Shown here piece after piece: positions 1 to 8,489 of a DNA stretch of 64,000 nucleotides. Source of the DNA: an uncultured Planctomycetales bacterium (GTDB taxonomy: Bacteria > Omnitrophota > Gorgyraeia > Gygaellales > Profunditerraquicolaceae); assembly GCA_964542785.1 (NCBI GenBank), contig CAZIUK010000001.1, positions 197,115 through 261,114 of the forward strand, read 5' to 3'. The notes under the pieces were generated by a model. That model saw nothing but the letters and a program-made list of their open reading frames with translations. It was not told the DNA's origin and searched no databases. The position numbers and the translations under genes are program-made. Positions within the stretch are counted from its first letter, which is position 1. Every line of letters begins with the position of its first letter.

Positions 1-1
1 T

Positions 2-1093
2 ACAGCTTCACATAATCCGGCAGAATACAATGGATTTAAAATTAAAAATTCATCCGGAGGCGGGGCAAGTCTTGAATTAACCTCTCAGGTAGAAAGTCTT
101 TTAGGGAAAAGCCCGGTAAAGGATAACGTTGCCTTAGAAAGTATAAAACCAATAGATATAACAAAAGACTACATTAAGTTTATGCGCAATTACATAAACT
201 TAAAAAAAATAAAGAATAAAAAGTTTAAGGTCCTTGTTGATGCAATGTACGGCTCGGGAGATAGTTTTATCGCGCAGGTTTTAAAAGGGACAAATATTAG
301 AATAGAGTTTTTACGCAACAGCATAAACCCTTCTTTTGGGGGAGTAAGGCCTGAGCCTTTAGAGGAGAACTTAAGGGAGTTAAAGGAGCGGGTAAAAAAA
401 GAAAAGTTTGATTTAGGCGTTGCCTTAGATGGAGATGCAGATAGGATTGCCGCAGTTGCCCCGGGTGGGGTATTTATCCATCCGCAGAAGATATTAGGGC
501 TTTTAGCTCTTCATTTAAATCAAGGCCGCGGCTGGTCCGGAGGATTAGTCAAGACAATCTGCGGTACGACGATGATGGATAATATCGCAAAATATCTAGG
601 GATTAAGCTTTATGAAACACCAGTAGGGTTTAAATATATTTCTAACCTTATGCAGACAGAGGATATCATTGCAGGGGGGGAAGAAGCAGGCGGGATGGGG
701 GTAAAAAACTATATCCCTGAACGTGACGGAACAATGGCAGCACTTATACTTATTGAGATGATGGTTTACCGGAATAAAAATATCTTAAAGATACTCAATG
801 AAACCGAAAAGAAGTTTGGAAGATACTATTATGTGCGCAGGGATTTTCACTTGGCAAAAATGGTTATGCCCAAAAAAGAAAATCTGCCAAACAAACTATT
901 AGGCAAGAAGGTCATCGAGGTTAAAGATTACGACGGAATAAAGCTAATTTGTGAAGATGAAAGTTGGCTTATGTTTCGCGGTTCAGGCACAGAGCCTATA
1001 ATGCGTACTTATTCGGAAGCAAAAAGCCTAAATCAGGCGAATAAACTTTTAAATTTAGCTGAAGGTTTATTGAAAGATGCTTTATCGGTTTAG
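2..1093 (+). CDS. phosphoglucomutase/phosphomannomutase family protein (alpha-D-phosphohexomutase), 5'-partial
   Basis: Frame continues from window start; translation from nt 2 gives the TASHNPAEYNGFK active-site Ser motif, then the GDGDADR Mg-binding motif; C-terminal domain typical of PGM/PMM. Confidence 0.85.
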   Translation, partial: TASHNPAEYNGFKIKNSSGGGASLELTSQVESLLGKSPVKDNVALESIKPIDITKDYIKFMRNYINLKKIKNKKFKVLVDAMYGSGDSFIAQVLKGTNIRIEFLRNSINPSFGGVRPEPLEENLRELKERVKKEKFDLGVALDGDADRIAAVAPGGVFIHPQKILGLLALHLNQGRGWSGGLVKTICGTTMMDNIAKYLGIKLYETPVGFKYISNLMQTEDIIAGGEEAGGMGVKNYIPERDGTMAALILIEMMVYRNKNILKILNETEKKFGRYYYVRRDFHLAKMVMPKKENLPNKLLGKKVIEVKDYDGIKLICEDESWLMFRGSGTEPIMRTYSEAKSLNQANKLLNLAEGLLKDALSV

Positions 1094-1676
1094 CAGGTTT
1101 GTCCTTTTAATATTTTTAAAGTTATTTTTTAAGTTTAAGGTCGAAGGCACAGAGCATATCCCTAAGAGCGGCGGGTTTATCCTTGTTTGTAACCACGTAA
1201 GTTACCTTGACCCGGCTGTCTTAGGAGTTGCCTGTCCACGCCCGGTAAGTTTTATGGCACGCGATACGCTTTACCATAACCGTTTGCTTGGGTTATGGAT
1301 GAAGCTGGTTAATGTTATTCCTGTAAAAAGAGATAGCGCAGATTTTTCTGCGATAAAAAAAGGGTTGCGTGTAGTGCAAAAGGGGAAGGGTTTGGCTATC
1401 TTCCCTGAAGGCACGCGCCGCATCCCTGAAAAAGCATTTATAAACCCTGAGCCGGGAGCAGGTTTTTTAGCGGATAAAGGAAGGGTTCCGGTGATTCCTG
1501 CTTTTGTCTTAGGGACTTACGAGGCATTGCCAAAGGGAGTAAATAAAAAAATATTCTTTGGTAAAAAAATTCTGCTACGCTTCGGAGAAGAAATACACAT
1601 AGAAAGGGGGAAGCCTTATCATCAAATAGCAGAGATGATAATGGTCAGCATTAAAAATTTAGGGGACGGTTTTTAG
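1077..1676 (+). CDS. plsC: 1-acyl-sn-glycerol-3-phosphate acyltransferase
   Basis: NHVSYLDP (HX4D) and FPEGTR acyltransferase motifs; N-terminal TM helix. Confidence 0.75.
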   Translation: MLYRFSRFVLLIFLKLFFKFKVEGTEHIPKSGGFILVCNHVSYLDPAVLGVACPRPVSFMARDTLYHNRLLGLWMKLVNVIPVKRDSADFSAIKKGLRVVQKGKGLAIFPEGTRRIPEKAFINPEPGAGFLADKGRVPVIPAFVLGTYEALPKGVNKKIFFGKKILLRFGEEIHIERGKPYHQIAEMIMVSIKNLGDGF

Positions 1677-1722
1677 TTATACAACCATAATAATTGCAAA
1701 TAGTTACAAGGAGAGCAAGATA

Positions 1723-3264
1723 ATGTCAGAAAAAAGAGCAGAGTTAGAGAAGCTTTACAATGATAGCATCAAAGTAATTAAAGAAGGGGATATCGTAACA
1801 GGTAAAATCGTAGCGATAAAAACCAAAGAGGCCTTAGTGGATGTAGGGTTTAAATCTGAAGGGATTGTCCCTATATCCGAGTTTTCTACCCAAGACTTAG
1901 AGGTAGGGAAAGAACTTGAGTTTTTACTTGAGTCAATTGAAAATGACCACGGGAATATAGTCTTATCCCGCGAAAAGGCAATACGTGTAGCTGGTTGGGA
2001 TAAGATTGTTAAGTTCTCCCAAGATGGAACAATGGTAGAAGGCAGACCGGTTAAGAAGGTAAAAGGAGGATTCCTTATTGATGTTATGGGGATAGAGGGA
2101 TTTTTGCCTTTATCTTTATCAGCATTTAAGAATGTACCGGATAAGGAGATTTTATATAAACCTTATAGTTTTAAAATTGTGAAAATAAACAATTTAAGGC
2201 GTAGTATTATCTTAAGCCGCCGTGAAGCAGTCCAAAAAGAGAGGGATGTTGCTAAGGATAAGGTATGGTCAGAGCTTAAGATAGGAAATATCGCTACAGG
2301 CACAGTTAAGGCAATCACTGATTTTGGAGCTTTCATTGACTTAGGTGGGGTTGACGGGCTTTTACACATTACAGATATGTCATGGTCAAAGATAAGCCAC
2401 CCTTCAGAGGTTGTTGCTTTAGGCGATCGGATAGAGGTTATGATTCTTAACATGGATAAAGATTCAGGCAAAGTCTCTTTGGGCCTAAAACAGCGTATGC
2501 CTGATCCATGGGCAGATATCGCTGATAAATTTACCGTTGGTTTAAAGGTAAAGGGTAAAGTAGTTAATATCTTGCCCTATGGTGTTTTTGTTGAGCTTGA
2601 AAAGGGGGTAGAAGGGTTGATTCATGTCTCTGAGATTTCTTGGACTAAGCGCATTAATAACCCAGGAGAGATGTTTTCCGTCGGTGAAACCGTTGAGGCA
2701 CAGATAATTAGCGTTGACGCTGATTCGCGTAGGATTTCGCTTAGCTTAAAACAGCTTGAGCAGAATCCTTGGCTTGAGGCAGAAGAGAAATACAAAGAAG
2801 GCTCTAAGGTATCGGGCAAGGTGCGTGGGTTTACTGATTACGGAGCTTTTGTCGAGTTGGATTCTACCCTTGAAGGGATGATTCATGTCTCTGATATTTC
2901 CTGGACTAAGAGGATTAACCATCCGCAAGATGTCTTAAAGAAAGGGCAGGTAATTGATGTTGTTGTCCTTTCTGTTGATGCGCAAAACAGGCGTATATCT
3001 TTAGGGTTAAAACAATTAGAGGATAGTCCTTGGGAAAAGATTGCTGAAAAATATCCTTTGGACATGGTTCTTGAGGCAGAGGTTGTAAGCATAACTGATT
3101 TTGGTGTTTTTGTTAAGATAGAAGAGGATCTTGAGGGATTGGTTTACTCAAGCGAGATAGATAAAGAGGCAGTAGCGAATCTTAAACCCGGAGATAAGAT
3201 CCAAGTAAAGATAATCAAGGTGGATGTGGAGCAGGCCAAGATCGGCCTTACCGCCCGCCTCTAA
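1723..3264 (+). CDS. rpsA: 30S ribosomal protein S1
   Basis: Multiple tandem S1 domains (repeated G.V.G.V..I..FGAFV.L..G..GL.H.S.IS motifs). Confidence 0.9.
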   Translation: MSEKRAELEKLYNDSIKVIKEGDIVTGKIVAIKTKEALVDVGFKSEGIVPISEFSTQDLEVGKELEFLLESIENDHGNIVLSREKAIRVAGWDKIVKFSQDGTMVEGRPVKKVKGGFLIDVMGIEGFLPLSLSAFKNVPDKEILYKPYSFKIVKINNLRRSIILSRREAVQKERDVAKDKVWSELKIGNIATGTVKAITDFGAFIDLGGVDGLLHITDMSWSKISHPSEVVALGDRIEVMILNMDKDSGKVSLGLKQRMPDPWADIADKFTVGLKVKGKVVNILPYGVFVELEKGVEGLIHVSEISWTKRINNPGEMFSVGETVEAQIISVDADSRRISLSLKQLEQNPWLEAEEKYKEGSKVSGKVRGFTDYGAFVELDSTLEGMIHVSDISWTKRINHPQDVLKKGQVIDVVVLSVDAQNRRISLGLKQLEDSPWEKIAEKYPLDMVLEAEVVSITDFGVFVKIEEDLEGLVYSSEIDKEAVANLKPGDKIQVKIIKVDVEQAKIGLTARL

Positions 3265-3269
3265 TTTGA

Positions 3270-3374
3270 GGGACGCTTCCGAAGGTACCACTCTCCAACG
3301 GTTTTTGGCTAAAAACAGCTAAAAATTGTTAAAAATAATATATTTTTTAGCGGAGCGGCACCTCGGGAGGCGTC
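3270..3374. mobile_element. MITE-like inverted-repeat element, copy A (rpsA-tyrS intergenic)
   Basis: Left end GGGACGCTTCCGAAGGTACCACTCTCCAACGG, AT-rich core with AAAAACAGCTAAAAATTGTT, right end GGCACCTCGGGAGGCGTC is the reverse complement of the left end. Confidence 0.7.
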
Positions 3375-3383
3375 TTCAAGAAG

Positions 3384-4544
3384 ATGATGGAAGAGCAATT
3401 AGCTATAATTAAGCGCGGTGCAGTTGATATTATTTCTGAAGAAGAGTTGCGCAAGAAGCTTAAAGAAAGCATTAAAACCAAAAGGCCGCTTAAAGTAAAA
3501 GCAGGCTTTGACCCCACTGCTCCTGACTTACATTTAGGGCATACTGTTCTTTTACGTAAGCTCCGTCAATTCCAAGATTTAGGCCATGAGGTCTATTTTT
3601 TAATCGGAGATTTTACCGGAATGATTGGCGACCCTACTGGCCGCTCTGAGATAAGAAAGCAACTCACCCGACAAGAAGTTGCTCGCAATGCCTTAACTTA
3701 TAAAAAACAGGTTGCAAAGATTCTAAATTTACGCAAGTTAAAAATAGTCTTTAACAGCAGATGGTTTAGCCGTTTTTCAGGCACAGATATCTTAAAATTA
3801 ACTACTCACTCCTCAATCTCTCAGATTTTAGCCCGCGATGATTTTAAAAAACGCTATACCTTAGGAGAGAATATCTCTATGTTGGAGTTTATGTATCCTT
3901 TGCTGCAAGGTTATGATTCGGTTGTCTTAAAGGCGGATATTGAAATTGGCGGGACTGATCAGATATTCAACCTTCTTGTTGGACGCGATATGCAAAAGGA
4001 CTTTAACCAACCTCAGCAGGTAGTTTTGACTATGCCGCTTTTAGAAGGTACCGATGGTACCCAAAAGATGAGCAAATCCTATTGTAACTATATCGGTATT
4101 AACGAACCGGCAAAAGAGATATTTGGTAAGGTTATGTCTATCTCAGATAACCTGATGCTTAAGTATTACGAACTGCTTACCGATGAGGATTTGGATAAAA
4201 TTAAAGGGATGCATCCGCGCGAGGCCAAAGTTAACCTTGCTAAAATTATCATTACCCAGTATCATTCTAGCGAAGCAGCGCAAAAAGAGGCGGATGAGTT
4301 TACGCGCGTTTTTTCTTTAAAAGAAATCCCGCAGGATATTCCAACATTTAAGGCAGACGCTACAAAAAATATAATAACAATACTTACGGAAAGTAAGCTT
4401 GCCTTAAGCGGAAATGAAGCGCGCCGTTTAGTTAAGCAGGGGGCTGTAAGTTTTAATAACATAAAAGTAGAGAATGAGGATTTTATCCCTAAGGAATCAG
4501 GCGTATTAAAAGTCGGCTCCCGCCGCTTCCTCAAAATCCTCTAG
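3384..4544 (+). CDS. tyrS: tyrosine--tRNA ligase
   Basis: HLGH (HIGH) and KMSKS class-I motifs; C-terminal S4-like domain. Confidence 0.93.
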   Translation: MMEEQLAIIKRGAVDIISEEELRKKLKESIKTKRPLKVKAGFDPTAPDLHLGHTVLLRKLRQFQDLGHEVYFLIGDFTGMIGDPTGRSEIRKQLTRQEVARNALTYKKQVAKILNLRKLKIVFNSRWFSRFSGTDILKLTTHSSISQILARDDFKKRYTLGENISMLEFMYPLLQGYDSVVLKADIEIGGTDQIFNLLVGRDMQKDFNQPQQVVLTMPLLEGTDGTQKMSKSYCNYIGINEPAKEIFGKVMSISDNLMLKYYELLTDEDLDKIKGMHPREAKVNLAKIIITQYHSSEAAQKEADEFTRVFSLKEIPQDIPTFKADATKNIITILTESKLALSGNEARRLVKQGAVSFNNIKVENEDFIPKESGVLKVGSRRFLKIL

Positions 4545-4576
4545 GGGACGCTCCCCAAGGTACCACTCTCCAAAGG
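4544..4576. repeat. solo MITE terminal repeat (left-end type)
   Basis: GGGGACGCTCCCCAAGGTACCACTCTCCAAAGG, identical to the left TIR of the full copies; ends 8 nt before the next ATG. Confidence 0.6.
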
Positions 4577-4584
4577 ATTTTAGC

Positions 4585-4875
4585 ATGTTTTGGACCATAA
4601 TTGGCTCAACAGCAGCAACTCTAACCATGCTTTCTTTTATCCCGCAGATAGTTCGCTCCTATAAAAGCAAGCATGTTAAAGATATCAGCCCGGTTATGCT
4701 CTTTCAGCTCTCTTTAGGTGTCTCTTTATGGATAGCCTACGGCATACACCGCAAAGACCCTATAATTATCATCGCAAACTCCACAACCCTGCTTACGCTC
4801 TTAATCCTCATCTCAATGTATTTTCAGTATGGGGGACGCTCCCCAAGGAGCCACTCTCCAAAGGATTTTGAGTAA
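4585..4875 (+). CDS. SemiSWEET (PQ-loop) sugar transporter; last ~14 codons encoded by MITE copy C
   Basis: 96 aa, 3 TM; the PQ motif (LSFIPQIVRSYKSKHVKDIS) and YGIHRKDPIIIIAN match bacterial SemiSWEETs closely; C-terminus GGRSPRSHSPKDFE is translated from the MITE TIR. Confidence 0.8.
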   Translation: MFWTIIGSTAATLTMLSFIPQIVRSYKSKHVKDISPVMLFQLSLGVSLWIAYGIHRKDPIIIIANSTTLLTLLILISMYFQYGGRSPRSHSPKDFE

Positions 4876-4943
4876 AATCGTATAAAAAAATGCAAAAAAT
4901 CGGTCATTTTCGAAGAAGAGTGGTACCTCGGAGAGCGTCCCCC
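4832..4943. mobile_element. MITE-like element, copy C
   Basis: GGGGACGCTCCCCAAGGAGCCACTCTCCAAAGG ... GAAGAGTGGTACCTCGGAGAGCGTCCCCC. Confidence 0.7.
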
Positions 4944-5711
4944 AGGAGCAGGTTTATTCTTGCTGAATCTGACGGGCTTGTCCTTGAAACTATTCAGACC
5001 TATAGCGCTAACCCTCCCCGCAGAGGCCAGCCTCCAATAGAAACAAAAGGCATTGCCTCCAAACAAGAGTTACGTCTTCTTAAACTCAAAGGCACTTGGC
5101 GCGCCAACCCCTACAACGAGCTTGTATTTGAAGCCTCCGGCCGCAAAGGGAAGCCTGAAAAATTTACCTTCAAAGGCGCTTGGAAGTTAAATAAAAACCA
5201 ACATATTGAATACAAGACTGAAAATAACCGCGATACTCTAACCTTCAAAGGCCATTGGAAAATCCTCTCAGATAAAAAGCTCGTCTATATTTTAGAGGGG
5301 AGCTCAAAGTCAAAATTTGAGTTTAAGGCCCAATTTGAATCTGCCTCAATGCACCCTAAAAAAGGCGCAATCCGTTATCGTATCGGCATTGGAGCGCGCA
5401 GGCGCAGTAGAATCTCTCCGCATAAACTTTTAATACTCTACGGCGAATGGAAATTCAGCCGCAACTTAGGCCTTCTCTTTAATATAGATTACGGGTACAA
5501 CAGAATACAAGCAATATCCCTTGGCGCAGTAGTAACCTTCAGCCCCAACAAAATCGAACTCGCCTTAAGAAATGAATTTGGCAAGCCAATAGGAATTACT
5601 CTTACCTTAACTCGCAAGCTCTTCAAATCCCTTAATGCAAAAGCCTATCTAAGGCTTACCCACCGCCGCCAAGAAAAAGCAATTGAATCCGGCATCACCA
5701 TCCCCTTTTAG
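4890..5711 (+). CDS. hypothetical protein, beta-rich with C-terminal Phe (possible outer-membrane beta-barrel remnant); start uncertain (ATG lies inside the MITE)
   Basis: Only long ORF here; alternating hydrophobic pattern and terminal ...GITIPF; no signal peptide; first ATG is inside MITE copy C; C-rich codon usage unlike neighbours. Confidence 0.4.
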   Translation: MQKIGHFRRRVVPRRASPRSRFILAESDGLVLETIQTYSANPPRRGQPPIETKGIASKQELRLLKLKGTWRANPYNELVFEASGRKGKPEKFTFKGAWKLNKNQHIEYKTENNRDTLTFKGHWKILSDKKLVYILEGSSKSKFEFKAQFESASMHPKKGAIRYRIGIGARRRSRISPHKLLILYGEWKFSRNLGLLFNIDYGYNRIQAISLGAVVTFSPNKIELALRNEFGKPIGITLTLTRKLFKSLNAKAYLRLTHRRQEKAIESGITIPF

Positions 5712-5740
5712 GGGGACGGTTCCTCGCTTCTCAACTCCAG
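5711..5740. repeat. degenerate solo MITE end
   Basis: GGGGACGGTTCCTCGCTTCTCAACTCCAG resembles the TIR with several mismatches. Confidence 0.25.
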
Positions 5741-5816
5741 TAATTACATTACCTTACAACAACATCAAAATATTAGCTGATCCAACCCTCAACAAAAGGA
5801 GGGGAAAATCCCTTAA

Positions 5817-6076
5817 ATGAAGCCTAATAAAATTTTAACCCTTCTCTTTCTCTTCAGCATCGCGTTCTTCCTGCCCAACGCCTCTGCTCAACCCTTATTC
5901 GGCAAAGACTACCTGCAAACCCTTGATAAACACCTAACCCAATCCAAAGACTCTATCACCGTAGCCATGTATTTTATTATAATCACCCCCGAAGACAACC
6001 CAACCCCGGCTAACCAACTCGTAAATTCCCTCATCGCCGCAAAGAATCGCGGAGTAAAAATAAAGGTAATCTTAAA
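5817..6076 (+). pseudogene. PLD-family Nuc-like endonuclease/phospholipase D gene truncated by MITE copy E
   Basis: Signal peptide then KDSITVAMYFI...ANQLVNSLIAAKNRGVKIKVIL matches the N-terminal half of Nuc-type PLD proteins; reading frame runs into the MITE just before where the HxK(x)4D motif would be. Confidence 0.6.
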
Positions 6077-6187
6077 GGGGACGCTCCCCAAGGTACCATG
6101 CTTCGGAGGTTTTTGCCCTAAAACCGCGTAATTTTTAATAAAAACAGTTGATTTTGGAGGGAGAGTGGCACCTCGGAGAGCGTCCCC
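6077..6187. mobile_element. MITE-like element, copy E
   Basis: GGGGACGCTCCCCAAGGTACCATGCTTCGGAGG ... AAAAACAGTTGATTTTGGAGGGAGAGTGGCACCTCGGAGAGCGTCCCC; 111 bp. Confidence 0.75.
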
Positions 6188-6212
6188 AAGGACTGAAGGA
6201 TACATAATTAAC

Positions 6213-6240
6213 TTGACAAATCATATTTGTATTGTATAAT
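6213..6240 (+). promoter_or_regulatory. sigma70-like promoter TTGACA-N16-TATAAT, -10 box ends 6 nt before the ATG (leaderless or near-leaderless)
   Basis: TTGACA at 6213-6218, TATAAT at 6235-6240, ATG at 6247. Confidence 0.5.
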
Positions 6241-6246
6241 TTAAGT

Positions 6247-7425
6247 ATGAAATACTTCAGCAGGAATATAGAAGGCGCGCTTAAGCAGGCAGTGAAGCAA
6301 TTCCGCGTTTTAGTTCTAACCGGGATGCGCCAGACAGGAAAATCCACGCTTCTTTGGCACCTTTTTAAAAAAACGCACCGTTATGTTTCTTTGGATAATC
6401 CCCGCGATTTAAAACTTGCCCAGGAAGACCCTGAGTTATTTTTTGATGAATACAGAGAGCCTTTGATAATAGATGAAATCCAGTATGCCCCGCAGCTTTT
6501 AGCGTATATTAAAATAAAAGTAGATAAATCCGCAAAAAGAGGCCAGTTTATTCTTACTGGTTCTCAACAGTTTACGATGACTTATAATCTGCAAGAGACT
6601 TTAGCGGGCAGAGCGGCGATCTTTAATCTTTTTCCTATGGCTATTACTGAGGCAAAAATCGCTACGCAGAATTATGTTTTTCGCGTCATCAATGGCTCAT
6701 ATCCGGAGTTGATTGTAAGGCGAAGCCATGACCCGCAGCGCTGGTTCGGGTCTTATGTGGCTACATATATTGAAAAGGATATCCAGCCTTTCTACCGGCT
6801 GGAGAAGGCGGCTTATTTTCGCAACCTTCTTTTTCTTTTAGCTGCCCGTTCATCTCAAGCATTAAATTACCAGTCTCTTTCTAATGATTTAGGCGTCTCA
6901 ATTCAAGCAGTAAAATTTTGGATTAATATTCTTGAAATATCGCAGGTTATATACTTGCTTAGGCCGTATCATAGCAATTTAGGAAGCCGTATTGTAAAAT
7001 CCCCAAAAGTCTATTTTACCGATGCCGGATTAGTGAATTATTTAATAGGCAATCAATCAAAAACCGCTTTGGTGCGCGGCGCGCAGGCAGGGGCTATCTT
7101 TGAAAATTTTGTAGTTCAGGAGTTATTAAAACATTATCATAACCTCGGGTTAACCCCGCCTCTTTACTATTACCGGACAAATAACGGGCTGGAAATAGAT
7201 ATAATTATTGAAGAAAGAGCAGGAGTAATCAGGCCTTGTGAAATTAAATTAACTAAAACGCCGAATTCAGGAATGGTTAATTCAATAGAGCGGTTTTGCA
7301 ATTTAAATAAAAGTAAGAAATTATCCATATTGGACGGTTGTGTTATATCGCTTGTTGATAAGTCTTTTCCTCTTACTAAAACTGTCAGGGCGTATAATTT
7401 AAAAGAGTTTCTGTCGGTTATTTAA
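6247..7425 (+). CDS. AAA+ ATPase with DUF4143 domain
   Basis: Walker A GMRQTGKST, Walker B LIIDEIQ; typical AAA_14/DUF4143 architecture. The ORF track starts at TTG 6232; ATG 6247 preferred. Confidence 0.8.
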   Translation: MKYFSRNIEGALKQAVKQFRVLVLTGMRQTGKSTLLWHLFKKTHRYVSLDNPRDLKLAQEDPELFFDEYREPLIIDEIQYAPQLLAYIKIKVDKSAKRGQFILTGSQQFTMTYNLQETLAGRAAIFNLFPMAITEAKIATQNYVFRVINGSYPELIVRRSHDPQRWFGSYVATYIEKDIQPFYRLEKAAYFRNLLFLLAARSSQALNYQSLSNDLGVSIQAVKFWINILEISQVIYLLRPYHSNLGSRIVKSPKVYFTDAGLVNYLIGNQSKTALVRGAQAGAIFENFVVQELLKHYHNLGLTPPLYYYRTNNGLEIDIIIEERAGVIRPCEIKLTKTPNSGMVNSIERFCNLNKSKKLSILDGCVISLVDKSFPLTKTVRAYNLKEFLSVI

Positions 7426-7436
7426 ATACGTCCCCT

Positions 7437-7547
7437 GGGGGACGCTCCCCAAGGTACCATGCTTCGGAGGTTTTGCCCTAAAACCGCGTAATTTTTAATA
7501 AAAACAGCTGATTTTGGAGGGAGAGTGGCACCTCGGAGAGCGTCCCC
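7437..7547. mobile_element. MITE-like element, copy F (near-identical to copy E)
   Basis: Differs from copy E by about 2 indels/substitutions; preceded at 7428-7435 by a CGTCCCC fragment of another right end. Confidence 0.75.
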
Positions 7548-7599
7548 AAGGTGGGGACTGTCCCTAAATTTAAGATAGTTATCCAACTTCCTTTAACTA

Positions 7600-7627
7600 T
7601 TGCCATATCTATAATTTATTGTATAAT
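7600..7627 (+). promoter_or_regulatory. candidate promoter TTGCCA-N16-TATAAT upstream of the glycan locus
   Basis: Sequence match only. Confidence 0.35.
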
Positions 7628-7710
7628 ATGGTTTTACAAAACTTAAGTAAAGTATTGCAGGGTATGTTCTATCTGCAAGGAAGTTAAAGTTTATCTAAAG
7701 GAGAAATAGA

Positions 7711-8478
7711 ATGAAAGTAGTTATATTAGCAGGAGGCAGGGGCACACGCATTAGCGAAGAGACAGAAGTTTTGCCAAAGCCGATGATTCAGATAGGAGGC
7801 AGGCCTGTGCTTTGGCATATAATGAAACTATACTCCCACTATGGCTTTAATGATTTTATTATCTGCTTAGGGTATAAGGGTTTTGTGATTAAAGAATATT
7901 TTGCAAATTACTTCCTGCACTCCTCTGACATAACCATAGACCTAAATAATAATAAAATAGAGGTTATCGGTTCAAAGGCAGAGCCTTGGAAGGTTACTCT
8001 TATTGATACGGGTTTAGAGACGATGACCGGAGGCAGGATTAAGCGGATAGAAAAATATACGCAAGATAAACCCTTTCTTTTAACTTACGGCGACGGGGTA
8101 GGGGATGTAAATATAAAAGAATTAGTAGAGTTCCATAAATCAAAAAACAAGCTTGCCACAGTAACTGCCGTACAATTAGAAGGAAGGTTCGGCGCTTTAA
8201 ATATTGAAAAAGAAGATGAGGTCTCTTCCTTTGCGGAAAAACCCCGCGGCGACGGAGCTTGGATAAACGGCGGATTTTTTGTTTTAGAGCCGGGGATATT
8301 CAAATATATCAAGGACGATACTATTATTTGGGAGCATGGGCCATTAGAAAAGCTAGCCAAAGACAATCAGCTAAACGCCTACAAGCATAAAGGTTTTTGG
8401 AAGTGTATGGATACCTTAAGGGATAAGGTTGAGTTTGATCTTCTATGGAGTGCCGGGAAAACCCCTTGGATAAAATAG
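7711..8478 (+). CDS. rfbF: glucose-1-phosphate cytidylyltransferase
   Basis: N-term MKVVILAGGRGTRISEETEVLPKPMIQIGGRPVLWHIM matches RfbF/DdhA; 255 aa. Confidence 0.9.
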   Translation: MKVVILAGGRGTRISEETEVLPKPMIQIGGRPVLWHIMKLYSHYGFNDFIICLGYKGFVIKEYFANYFLHSSDITIDLNNNKIEVIGSKAEPWKVTLIDTGLETMTGGRIKRIEKYTQDKPFLLTYGDGVGDVNIKELVEFHKSKNKLATVTAVQLEGRFGALNIEKEDEVSSFAEKPRGDGAWINGGFFVLEPGIFKYIKDDTIIWEHGPLEKLAKDNQLNAYKHKGFWKCMDTLRDKVEFDLLWSAGKTPWIK

Positions 8479-8489
8479 CAAGAGTATTT

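Noticed and set aside
2163-3092. Minus-strand ORFs inside rpsA (2163-2471, 2622-2819, 2746-2928, 2883-3092)
   Set aside because: Nested antisense to a strongly conserved gene. Products are low-complexity and there is no start or RBS context.
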